Positions 1 to 11,162 of a DNA stretch of 64,000 bases are shown in pieces. The stretch spans positions 145,154-209,153 of the forward strand of contig NMRA01000038.1 of NCBI GenBank assembly GCA_002633005.1, in the 5' to 3' direction. Both the position numbers and the translations under genes were made by a program. Below the pieces are notes generated by a model. It was not told the origin of the DNA, searched no databases, and was given only the letters and a program-made list of their open reading frames with translations. The stretch comes from Phoronis australis (Eukaryota > Animalia > Phoronida). The first letter of the stretch is position 1, and every line of letters begins with the position of its first letter.

Positions 1-27
1 ATTCACGAAAACAACAACGGTTTTAAA

Positions 28-73
28 ACTTGACATGTTTCGGTGTCATTTATTAAACACCATCCTCAGAAGT
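28..73 (-). ncRNA. Minimal hammerhead ribozyme in the 3' region of a Penelope-like element
   Basis: Minus strand reads ACUU-CUGAGGA-U-GGUGU-(10 nt)-ACACC-GAAA-CAUG-UC-AAGU. It has the CUGANGA/GAAA core, a 5-bp stem II, a 4-bp stem I, a GUC cleavage triplet and palindromic ACAUGU in place of stem III. It lies about 80 nt downstream of a GIY-YIG remnant. Confidence 0.75.
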
Positions 74-154
74 CATAATACAGTGGCCACCTAGCTAGGC
101 CCAGCAACAAGTAATGAAGCACAGATACAGTCAGTTACAGGGAGTGACAATGAA

Positions 155-540
155 CTAGACCAACAGTGACAACCTGTGGTGTATCAGTTGCCTATTGAGA
201 TTGGGCTTGCACCAACTGATATGTAAAGCCTCACGAATTTTAAGCTCCTTTGTTGTTACTGCCTGGTCTATTATTGCAAAGTCATTGAAAGAGCACTGCT
301 GAGTGATAACAATGATTGGAGCTCTGCAGGTGAATATTTACATGTGAATTACTGTCAGAATTTAGATTTCCTTGGTCCTGGTTTTCAAATGGCGAACAGT
401 TTCGCCTATATAGCTGAAGCCACATCCAGCACAGATAAATTTGTATACTACCTTGGACCGTAGACCCATAGAAATTTTGTCCTTAGGGTTAAATAAACTC
501 GACATACTCATTGTGTTTAATACAAGAGTTCAACAAGCTC
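155..540 (-). mobile_element. Penelope-like retroelement remnant: frameshifted GIY-YIG endonuclease C-terminus
   Basis: Translates to ...FNPKDKISMGLRSKVVYKFICAGCGFSYIGETVRHLKTR, then a frameshift, then DFAIIDQAVTTKELKIREALHISWCKPNLNRQL...*. These are the VVY/CxxC/YIG and E..I...KP.LN motifs of PLE endonucleases. Confidence 0.85.
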
Positions 541-1842
541 AGACTTACTGCTCTAGTACCTGTCAATAAACGTTTTTCTTTTCAGATGATCTTTGATCCT
601 TAACTCTATCCATTAAATTAGAATCAATCCTATTTCCAGTCCAGTTTATTTGACCACAAGCTAAACATCCTACGACTACGTTGACAGCGTACGTTTTCTT
701 TCGTATGCGTGAGCCAAGTGCATTGTACATCGCTTTTAAATTTTAATCCCTTGATCGATTTTCTCTTAGGTGACACTATGAAAAAGCCCACGAAAATATA
801 TTTTATTATATCGATTAAGCTGTTCCATGAATACCACAGAATTTATAGGTAATGACGGTAACATGATAAGGTGTCGAAAATGAGTGACTTAGTTAAGAGT
901 TAGACACGAAGCCAGGGCCCCTAGTTTAGAGAACTATTTAGAGGGTTTGTGGAGGAGAAAAGTCACACTTTGCAGAAGTGCGTTATACATACACACACGC
1001 AATTCACTTACGCTTCAATTTCCTGTCCAAAAACAGGCATTTTGGGCAAGTTTTATGCAAAATACACATCAAACCTCTCTCGCCGCGTCAAAGCTGTCGC
1101 ACATATGAATAAAAATTGGGATTTTATCGCTTATTATTGACGTAAACGTCTCGTTTAGCCCTGACCTCTTTTGAGTAACCTGGTCACTAAAATGAATAGT
1201 CTCGACCCCAAAATCTATTAGTAGGTGAGTCTGCTCTACGGGCGTACATGCCTTTCAAGTTTCTCCTCAGCAGATCCTTGGTTGGCCGACTCAATCAGTG
1301 ATGTCAGAGCCTGGCCCTGAGAATCAAATACATGAATCCCATTACATGTAATTGTAATTTAAACCTGCTAATAACACTCCAGTAGAGGCCACTGCCACTG
1401 CGCAAAAGTGGTGGCCCTCGATTTCTAAGCGGCCGACTAAGGTTGGCTATTAATTTCGGTCCAGCGATAATCCGATGGCCAAATACACTACATAGTAGTG
1501 TAGTATTATATGTAGTGTATTGGGGACGATCAGAAGCTGAGTACGCCTGTGCGATCATAAAAGAGTCAATCGTCGAGCGCTGCGATCAGGGTCGTGAATA
1601 AACAACTTCTGGCTGTCAAAGTATCATTGCTTTTTGAAAAAGCTAGGCTAGTAGTTTTCAAGAATTTTAGTATAACAATTTCACTCAAGGCTACTGAGAC
1701 CGGAGCCGAAGGAACCGAAATCGGTGTTCTTGAATCATAAAAATTGGTTCACCATAATTAGTCATGTTTATGTAAGTCAAAATTAAATTGATTTCGTTGC
1801 TTGCTCCACCTCAATACGATATGTGAGAGGAGTAGCCCGCTC

Positions 1843-1897
1843 AAACTGCGCCGGGCTGCATAATGCCATCATGGCATTATGCAGCCCGGCGCAGTTT
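1843..1897. repeat. Perfect palindrome, 27-bp arms with 1-nt spacer
   Basis: AAACTGCGCCGGGCTGCATAATGCCAT-C-ATGGCATTATGCAGCCCGGCGCAGTTT. Confidence 0.9.
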
Positions 1898-2006
1898 CAT
1901 TTTCTCGGTGTTAAGATTCCGCCTTTATCACTATGGCTGAGTTTGTCACGTGTCACTGGTACTATATTCTCATCTATTCTGGCTTATGTCACTGGACTAT
2001 CGCGTA

Positions 2007-2249
2007 CAGTGGCAGATCTACGATTTCAGTAAGGGGGGGGGGGTTAGGATTCGAAACCGTGAATCCGAGGCGCGTAGCGCCGAGGAGAAGGAAGGTCGCG
2101 AGAGGGTTTCCCTCCTCCCGTGTAAGATTTTTTGGGATTTTTAGTAGCTAATTTCGTTTTTGTGGCGATTTTTTTTCCAGTTTTTATTTTTGATCCTGTC
2201 CCGAGGGGGGGTTTAAACCCCCTGAACCCCCCCTGTAGATCCGCCTCTG
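2007..2249. mobile_element. MITE of the CAGTGGCGGATC-TIR family
   Basis: CAGTGGCAGATCTA...TAGATCCGCCTCTG terminal inverted repeats with internal G/C runs. The left flank is GCGTA; the right flank starts GC and then enters the gap. Confidence 0.7.
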
Positions 2250-2251
2250 GC

Positions 2252-2290
2252 NNNNNNNNNNNNNNNNNNNNNNNNNNNNNNNNNNNNNNN
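2252..2290. other. Assembly gap (39 N)
   Basis: Run of N between G/C-rich MITE copies. Confidence 1.
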
Positions 2291-5200
2291 CCCCCCAACT
2301 TGGCGAATTGGCCGCCACTGACAACCAAGGTCCACCTCAGCAAAAAGTCCCGCCGGGACCGAATAAGAGAGACAAAAGTCCACAAATCCTACATGAACTC
2401 GGCGCGGGCGCCACAAATCCGCCGAATGCCTGAATCTCGACGCCCGGTTTTTTTTTTAGTCCTCGTTGATTTTTTCAGTAAAAGGTCCGCATGCCGAAAA
2501 ATTCGAGCCCACCTATACTGTTTTTTGTCCGGGTGTGCGCATGAGCTTATAGCATCGGATGCCTTGCTCCTCCCATCGATCAAAGGGCGATGACAGATTG
2601 GCCGCCCCTCTTTGTCTTCTTACTTTCAAAAATTTTAAAAATTCGGCCAGTTGGCGATGATGTTCGACCTCAGTAGCAGTGCAACGGCCAAGCAACACCA
2701 ACCTTACTGCCTGCGCATGTGTGGTGTTCAGTTGTTCAGCATCAGTTCAGTAGTAGACTAAATGCGCAGCACAACACGTTGGAAAATTTTCAACAAGACA
2801 TTTTGGACGTTAAAATCATGTTACAGTATAATGAACGGTGACATTTGGTTTCTCAGTGTTGTTCAGCAATTACAAAACGGAAAGTTTTGGTCCTACTGAC
2901 ACAGATATGTTCAAGTATGCCAGTTTCGAAAACTACTCGTGCATTTATTTGCGTACAGTTTTGTGGGTGCGCGCGTGGGCCGTGTTGGCATGTACTATTC
3001 TATTTTTTCTATTGTTTCTATAATAATTCATTTGTGCAATGTTAAGCTGTTGCCCAGATTCATTTTGTTAATTCGAATTCTAAACAGTAGGCCTTTGCCA
3101 TGTCACCTAAACTGCAGTATTATAGTACTACCAGTGAAAAAAAAAATAAAAACGAAAAGTTTTCCTGAAACAGTCCAATCCACTGAACGATTTTGTGTTA
3201 TTTTGTGTTAACGACAGATTGCATTGTACGTACTTGCTAATTGATTGTCCCGCCCTTGGCTTTTTGATTTCACTTTCGGCTACACCTTCAAAATGTTCCG
3301 TTTTTTGACACGGCGACTTTTGCATAGTATCGCATACTATTGTAATTTCCCACGTGATATACAGTAGATCGATTTTCCTGTTCAACTAAACAGTGGGGCG
3401 TTTCATTTTTGAGACACCCGCAATTTCTCATTTTGCTAAGAACACTCGGCTGTCGGTATGTTTTTGTGTATTGCAGAATACATTTCACCCTTGCATTTTA
3501 GCATAGACCCAGACGTCCCGCTTTTTATCCAGATGTTCTGCGTCACAGGTCCAACCTTTTGCGCGCGACACTTTCACCCGAATGGCCCACGATCGTGAGC
3601 CTGGGGAAAAGTGTGGCCCGCAATTGCGCTCGTAATTACGACCGAGGCTTCTCTCGTGTTTTACGTGAGTAGCTGGCTTGAGTTCTTAGATGTTTTAATG
3701 TACGCTCGTATTTTTCGCTCGTAATTTTTGCCTGTGTTTTTCGCTCTTAATTTTAAAAAGTATTCGTTAGATTTAAATACGAGTCATTAAACTAATACGC
3801 AATTGATGTTGTTTTGTTGTACAAATGGTTTGTTATTCAATAAAGGATGAGTTATTTACCATCAACATTTAGAATTTATACTATTCTCCATTACTCCCCG
3901 AAAACTGTGTTGGACCTATGTACTTTGCAAAGTCAAGTGTCACGTGCACGTACTGTTATGAGTAAGAGAATGAAACCTGGTCTAAATATTGAAAAAGTTT
4001 GTTAATTTCAACAAATAAAATGAAATAAAAACATTGTCAGACAACCTGCTAGATATGTACATTTAGACTTCTCACTACATGTATGTACCAAAACGGACCA
4101 CTTTCAAATTCCTTGGATGGCTAGGGCAGCGAGCAAAAAATTCAGTCATTCTTCGAAATTTTTCAATATTTTGCACTTACATACTTTGTCAAAGTTTCTT
4201 ATATTGCTTTCCTCTAAAATCGTATATCATTAGTTTTAATTCGGGGATACGTTTGAATCTATGTACTAGAACAATCAATTGGTACAGCACTCTCGATTGC
4301 CTGGTTACGCAATGTTTGTTGACAGGGTTAGATTAGAGCAAGTGTCCTTGTATAAGCTCCGCCCCACTTGTCAGTCACTGAGATGGTGAGCACTCAAGCC
4401 ATATGATTTTCAGAATGATTTAATTTATTTTTCTTCAGTATACTGTGCATCACGAATTAAAAATTAGGATGACATAAAAATTTAAAAAAGAGTCAAAATT
4501 AATTTTTTGTGTATCCACCTACCTTAAACGTTGATTAACCTCGCCGCGTTATCTGGTACTAGAATCCAAGATTGAAAGAAAAATGTGATGACACAATATA
4601 AGGTTTCCTTACAACTGTCGAACTTTATAGAAACTCATTTATTTTGGAGCAATGGTGGCAAAAACAGTGAAGTTCAGACTAATGATATAAGTTTTATTTT
4701 TGGAAATATAAAAAATCACGGTCATTAATAGTTTGAAAGTTAACTTTTTTATCGGATGTTTCAGTTACTCTTGAGAAAAGTTTTGTCATTTTCTGAAAAT
4801 TTCCGCAGATTATCAAAATATGCACAGTCAATTGAACGGTTCTTTAATTCAACGAAATTGAATGCTTCAGGGAAAGCATTTCAAAATTCAGTAACTCTAC
4901 ATTTGCATCCCTGGTTGTTCAATTCAGAGAAATTATCTTTTCGCACTTTTGGAAGAATGGTTTCGTTAAACAATGGGATTTTTATTTAATTAATTTATTT
5001 GATAACAAATAATTACTTAGGGAAAATACATGGATACCGTGACATCAAAAAAATAATAATAAATTATTACGAGATGACACCAAACAGTTGAAATATTTTC
5101 CCAAATGATTGTGGTCGATTGCAAATATAAAACTGTAAATGAAACATTAGACTCTTGAAATCAATGCGAAAGTTACCATCATATGAGAACAATTTGCCGT

Positions 5201-5309
5201 TGCTATTTTGCATTATGCACTTTAGACGGTATACCTGTTGTATACATATAGAGAGAGAGGAGGGAGGGAGAGGGAGAGATAGAGAGAGATTTCTATCAAC
5301 ATGTCCAGT

Positions 5310-6122
5310 TTACGTATCTGTTTTATTGTTCTCTTTTCTGCTATACTTTTTAACAGAATCGGCGTATTCCTTCTTTCCCTTGTATTTCACGGATGCTTCT
5401 CGAATCCTACTTGTAGACGTTCCCCGACATAAACGATGTATTCTAGCTGCTACTTCGGCTTCTGAGAGTTTTTGAGTTTTTGAACCGATCTCTTCATGTA
5501 AATTCCCGTTGCATTTTTTAACGTGTGAGGTGGTATTGTTAGAATCGTCACTTGCATTGTTTGCTGTGTTCTCCGAGGGTTCATCTTTGACTTCGTTTTC
5601 AGTCGTCTCATTGGGTTCTTTAAATGTCACAACCATGCGGTTTGCTGAGGAATCCTTTTCCGAGCCTTGGGGCTGACTGGCTGAGCCATCTCTCAGACTG
5701 GTCGACCTTCTAGACTGAGGCGCACTTTTCACCGATGTTACTTTCGACCGCGTCGAAAACGTATGGCAAGTTGACAGTCGTTTGATAATGCTGTCTAAAT
5801 TTTCTTTGCTCACAACTCTGAAGGCAGGAACTTTGTAATAATAATCATTTCTCTGACTGTAGGCCTCTCTTAACTTGCGAGAGCCGTGAGACGCCTTGCA
5901 CTTTGACCAAGATTTCGGATAAGTCGAAAGAGTATGCGTTTCATACAACATATCGGTGGCGTGAATGTGATGTGTCCCGGGACGCGTATAACACAGATAC
6001 ACATCGTCGTTATCCTCAAACAAAGGTGGATCTTTATATTTTGTCTCCAATGGCGGGTTGGAAAATTCGTCCTGCTGACTTTCATCATCTTCAGGAACAT
6101 GCTCTCCGCCTAGTTTCAACAT
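5310..6122 (-). CDS. Uncharacterised 270-aa hydrophilic protein with two S-x-E-x-x-x-x-I-x-R-L-x-x-x-T-type motifs; CDS within one exon
   Basis: Longest ORF in the window, ATG to TAA, with protein-like composition. There is an AG acceptor 18 nt upstream of the ATG and an in-frame upstream stop. AATAAA occurs downstream near 4981-5000. No family recognised. Confidence 0.65.
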   Translation of the reverse strand: MLKLGGEHVPEDDESQQDEFSNPPLETKYKDPPLFEDNDDVYLCYTRPGTHHIHATDMLYETHTLSTYPKSWSKCKASHGSRKLREAYSQRNDYYYKVPAFRVVSKENLDSIIKRLSTCHTFSTRSKVTSVKSAPQSRRSTSLRDGSASQPQGSEKDSSANRMVVTFKEPNETTENEVKDEPSENTANNASDDSNNTTSHVKKCNGNLHEEIGSKTQKLSEAEVAARIHRLCRGTSTSRIREASVKYKGKKEYADSVKKYSRKENNKTDT

Positions 6123-6767
6123 GTCTATTCACGTCAGTAACTGTAAGCTGCATTCAAGTTATACCTTTTAAGTATATCTGTTCAGATATAGATTACTTTC
6201 ACTTCAAGGACGTTAACCCATGCACAACCCCGTCTGGCAGATAAATCAATAATCGTCGATGAGACAAATCTAACTCACATTCTCCTGGTTGTTCGATAGG
6301 TAGCCAGGTTGCGAGGGAACTCTGTTGAGCGTCGAAACTCCTTTCACATTCCACAATAGCTCTTTTCCAACGTTTACGCTTCAGTAGTGAGTGTTATTCA
6401 ATAGTATGTTCAGTTAAAACATGAAAGCCCGTATGACCCTCTTATCGATGTCTTTATATCACGAAGAAAATGAGAACTGAGCAAATAAAATTTATCAACA
6501 GAATACGTTGTTTCACTCCATTCATAAAACGTAAACGTGTAATGATTATATCTGTGCACCAGCAAGGACGGACATTATGATAATTTCCTTGAGAACCGAT
6601 TACTTAGCTCTTTTTGCAACGCAGATGAACGGAACACCAAGTCCAAGACAAAGATTTTGTATTTACGTGTACCTATCCGTGTCAAGATGCCGTTCGTTAG
6701 CGGAACTGCGATAGCGTTTGCTGCATGGGTCTCGATTAAATACGTGCCGTGTTGTCAGCACACATTT

Positions 6768-7121
6768 TCACCATATAAAGCCGTGGTGCAGCTTTCCGTT
6801 AGCGTTCCACTGATAACTATTCACAATTCCGACTTTTTCATTCACTTCTTTACTGGGTATTCGCTTGTGATCCGGAGGCTGCGTAGGTTTACACCGTGAC
6901 AGTTTCTCGGACAGACGCACTTGCTTTTCATACGAATGCCTCTGCGTTCCTATATAAGTGCGCTGAAAGCCGCTTACGAGTTGTGATTCGTAGCTGTTCT
7001 GAGACCCAGACGTTCCTGTACGCGTACTTGTTTCCGTTGACGCGATGGAAGGTGGTCCTGTTTGCAACTTCTTCTGAAATTTTTTTGTTCGGTTCCCGGA
7101 TATCTTTTCCCCAGAAGCCAT
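6768..7121 (-). CDS. Possible small uncharacterised protein (117 aa) or decayed relative of the adjacent ORF
   Basis: ATG-started basic, Ser/Thr-rich ORF (MASGEKISGN...), 7 nt after a candidate AG acceptor. No homology recognised. Confidence 0.3.
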   Translation of the reverse strand: MASGEKISGNRTKKFQKKLQTGPPSIASTETSTRTGTSGSQNSYESQLVSGFQRTYIGTQRHSYEKQVRLSEKLSRCKPTQPPDHKRIPSKEVNEKVGIVNSYQWNANGKLHHGFIW

Positions 7122-7393
7122 GGAGATACTGTTGCTAACTACTAGATGATTGTAACTTTGTGCTTATCTACAGACCTCACAACGCTATCATGCGATAAAC
7201 AACAGAAGCCACGCTATATTCACCTTGTGATAAATGTTATTTGAAGAAACATCGGCAATAAAATACGTATTATTTCGGGTGTTTGTTTTTACGGATAAAT
7301 GATTTGGTTTCGTGTTTGAATTGGGGCCAGAACAATCTATTTTATCAGCCACTGACTTAATCTGCTATTACAACCACCTCGACAGTGTTTTTG

Positions 7394-7800
7394 CTGTGCG
7401 TAAACTTGGAATCCTGGTTTATCTTAAGATCGCGTATGCGTGAACTTGGAATTGAATATAGATTAAGAAAATCGTGTGATTTTTAATTCAGTGTAAATAT
7501 TTTTAGTAATTATTGGCCTCTCGTCTACACGATTTATCCTTTACCGTATCTTCATACAAAATCGGAGGAATGTGTGAATAGTTAAATCAATTTATTATTG
7601 TTTGGTTAACAAGATCGCCAATAATTGAAAAAAGGTTGGTTAAAATTTAAATTATTTTATTAACATGTAATTTAATTTAGTGCAATGCTGAACGTGAACG
7701 TGATTATTTGAGTGAACTTGTCAAGTTTCGTAGTGTATTAATTTCCAAGTTCACGCATACGCGACCTTGAGATTACGCAGGATTCCAAGTTCACGCACAG
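7394..7800. mobile_element. MITE with ~55-bp imperfect terminal inverted repeats
   Basis: CTGTGCGTAAACTTGGAATCCTG...GCGTATGCGTGAACTTGGAA is mirrored by TTCCAAGTTCACGCATACGCG...CAGGATTCCAAGTTCACGCACAG. Confidence 0.7.
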
Positions 7801-10024
7801 TACTTCACACACAATAACTATAAGACAGTGTTACAGGAACCACATAACGATTTTTGAAAGGATGACTTTCTTTCATATGTCTTATGTACAGGGCGATATT
7901 CACTTGCCATCAATTTGCTTAGAGAGGAAAAGCAATATGAATGAACAAAACGAACGCAAATTAATGCGGGCATCTACCTATAGACGGGGTTACGGCCTGT
8001 GCCTATACATTACCGGTAACCTCAGGTGCATATATGGAAACATTTGAGCGAAACATTTGACAGCAAGACACAGGTTTGGACTAGTGAATACGCGCCGACA
8101 CAAAATTGCCAGTTTAGGTAATGATGGCTTTTTAATCCACAAAGACATACACAAAACTTAATAGTTTATTGTAGAATGTTCATGACAGTTCGTAATATGA
8201 AGTTAAAATTGGATACCTTCGCTACCACGGGTCATTGCTTTGATAATATGTTAAAATACAAGTGGTGAACCCATGAAATCATATATCTTTCAAATCCTTT
8301 ATGATCACGGAAACGTACCACACGCACGAGAATAATGCCTTACTGTTTGCAGTCACAGGGATTGTGTTTACGATTTTTCGAAGTTCAGCTCAGGGCAGGG
8401 CAAGTCGTGGCCACCATATACTGACAAATATCCCAGGAACCTTTAAAATTCTATCACAATATTGTATTAGGTACATGTACAACCGAGTGTCCGGAAAAAT
8501 TAGCAAGGCCTATTTAGACCAAAAACCCAGTCGTCAAAAATAAATAAGAAATGACCAAGTTAGCGACAAAATCACTATGACCACAGTGGCATTAATTACA
8601 CTGGAAAAGTGCCAAGATGGCCTAAAATTAGAAAACCGCCCTTTTCATAACAGTTCTGGGGCTCAGTTTCACGACACTTTCTGATCAAAATCGGACCAAC
8701 TTAAGATCAGAATTTCTAAGCCCACGAAATTTCTTAATTCCAAAATTGAGACCGAAATCAAGCTAAGACACCACTGCAAACTGTTGAGGAACAAATTTCG
8801 TTGACATTTTTTGCAATCTAAAGTCCCTAAACAATACCAAATTGAAGATCGTCTGCTTTCGAATAGAGAACCCGCAAACACCCGACAATGCAGTGCGACT
8901 CACGGCACACGAGAGCGTAGTTTGTGTGCTCGCCTATGTCAAACACTGACTGAATTACTATCTAAGCCAAGGCCCAAGACAAAAATCCCACTTCTGTCCA
9001 TTAAAAGGTCATTTTTTAAATTTCTCCGGTCTTACCTTAAACAAATCTTAGTCTTAAATCTTAAATCAACTTTCATGAACAGGAGTACAGCTAGATATCT
9101 GTTCAAGAATGACAGCCTGACGCATGGCTATATATAGAATGTCATTTATTACTAATATAGCCTACAGCGTGATGCATGGCTATACATACAATGTCATTTT
9201 TTACTAATATAGCCTACATGTATGTCTTTTATCCAACAGGACATTGATAGTTAAGTAGGTAGCCAGTTCACACTTAGATACATGTAATTCGCACAAATAT
9301 AAGATTTCCATATTTCTGTTTCACAGCATAAATAATGACAGGAATACACTAACTAGAAGCCCATAACACAAGGCATCTCAATCCTTCATATCTTCTTCAC
9401 ACAACCAGGTGAAGACAGCCATCGATTTCACAAAGGTTATTACAAATATAAATCTAAAATTCTACTTTGTAATAATGGTGCAGTTTAGCATGAGATATCA
9501 CAGAAAAGCACTTGAAAAGCTTTTGATTTCCATGTAGCAAGTAGGTCATTACAAAATAAAAAATAAGCTTTTATTATTCTCTTCATGTATAAGACAAGTA
9601 TTATCATACTTTTAAGAATGTTTTGGTTCAATGCGTAGTTGTCAGCAAACTGTTCTGAGTACAAGCCAAATGTTTTCAGACAAAATGTCATGGGATTTCC
9701 GGTAATGGGCGGCTGGGTGGAGGTCAGAGGTCAGATTGCGTCATCACAGAAGTCTTTCCTTGTGACCAAGAATAGGCAGGAATTAGGAGGAAAGTGAATA
9801 AGGAGGCTCAGACATTCTGCAATTAGAATTTTCCCGCCAAAGAAGTTATTGATAGTAATTTTTGCTCTTAACAGAATCACAGAGTGCTCAAGATGGGAGG
9901 ATAGTATTTTGTCTGATAACTTTTGTACTGTAATTTTGTCAAGATATAACACAAAAAAGACAACAGATATTGAACCCTGTCTCTGTTGTTTCCATCACAG
10001 GTCAGTCCTGACAATGATCACACC

Positions 10025-10127
10025 TTAGGCCAATCCATATCCGTGACCTCCACAAGACAGCGCCACCTTAAGGCGATCTTGGAGTACTTCTTTATTAGGA
10101 TATTCTGGCAGGCGCAACAGATTAATA
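10025..10127 (-). CDS. HACE1: HACE1 coding exon 17 (last): (C)[12 protein letters not shown]...GHGYGLA*
   Basis: ttttcag acceptor, TAA at 10025-10027, HECT C-lobe end. Confidence 0.93.
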
Positions 10128-11130
10128 CTGAAAAATAAAATCCAAGGTCTAACTCATATTCTCCACTGCACAATTATTACACCAGTCCTAAATTTTTATT
10201 GATGCAATTCCTACTAATACATTGTTCAAGTGCCAACAAATGCTAACAAGAATAAAGTGCATCTCCTAGTAAACCGGTTACAAACCTTTGTGAGTCCTAA
10301 ACTCCACGCCACTTGTTAGATTCGACTCCAAAATGAACATTTAAATTCATTTAATAGCCACATGTTTTCATCTAGAGTTCTAGACGGTGGGAGATGAGCA
10401 AGTATAGTTTACTTGAATGGCCTAAAGGGGGCCTCTCAGACAAATGCACTTCACTAGTCAGTACACTGATACCAGACACCAAAAATGCTGCTTGATTTTG
10501 GCGCCTTTCACATGACCATGTACTTAAACCACACAATCTTTGGTTAGAGGAGCGCCACACGTAGAGAGAATAAACTTACCATGTTCCAGCAGAGGGCAGT
10601 ACACCAGAATGGTACTCGGTGTGAGAGACGGTAAACTTCTGTAGACCACTTCCACCGGATAGATGGGCAAACCCTCCGTGTGGCACTCGTGAGCTGCAAG
10701 GACGAAAATATTTCAACTCAAGTTTCATTAATATGATAATATATAATTAAAATATTGAAGCAGTGACACCTGTATTTCAGGATCATAATCACTTCCACGA
10801 CAAAGGTCGTGAATTTAAAAATGACAATGCCAAGATCCTACACAGAGAAAAAATGGTTTCAAAGCAGTGTTCAGTAAGCTTTGTTCAGATTCAAATTACT
10901 CTATTCTTTAACTTAACAAACTAGATAGAGTTCGATTCAAAATGTTGTCTGCTTGGTATGAGAGTTTACGCGAGGGTGTTAACCAGACGAGATCTCGAGA
11001 GAAAGAAAGAGAGGGCAGTTCTTACCAATCTTCAGTACCACCTTCCCTTTGAGGGAGGCGTGATGCCTCCGAGGTTCTAGGAGTTTAATTATGTGAGTAT
11101 TGTATAGCATACCAGATTTAATTTGAGTAC

Positions 11131-11162
<32 letters not shown>

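Noticed and set aside
2044-2593. 113-153 aa ORFs
   Set aside because: They span the N gap and GC-rich MITE sequence, with no protein signal.
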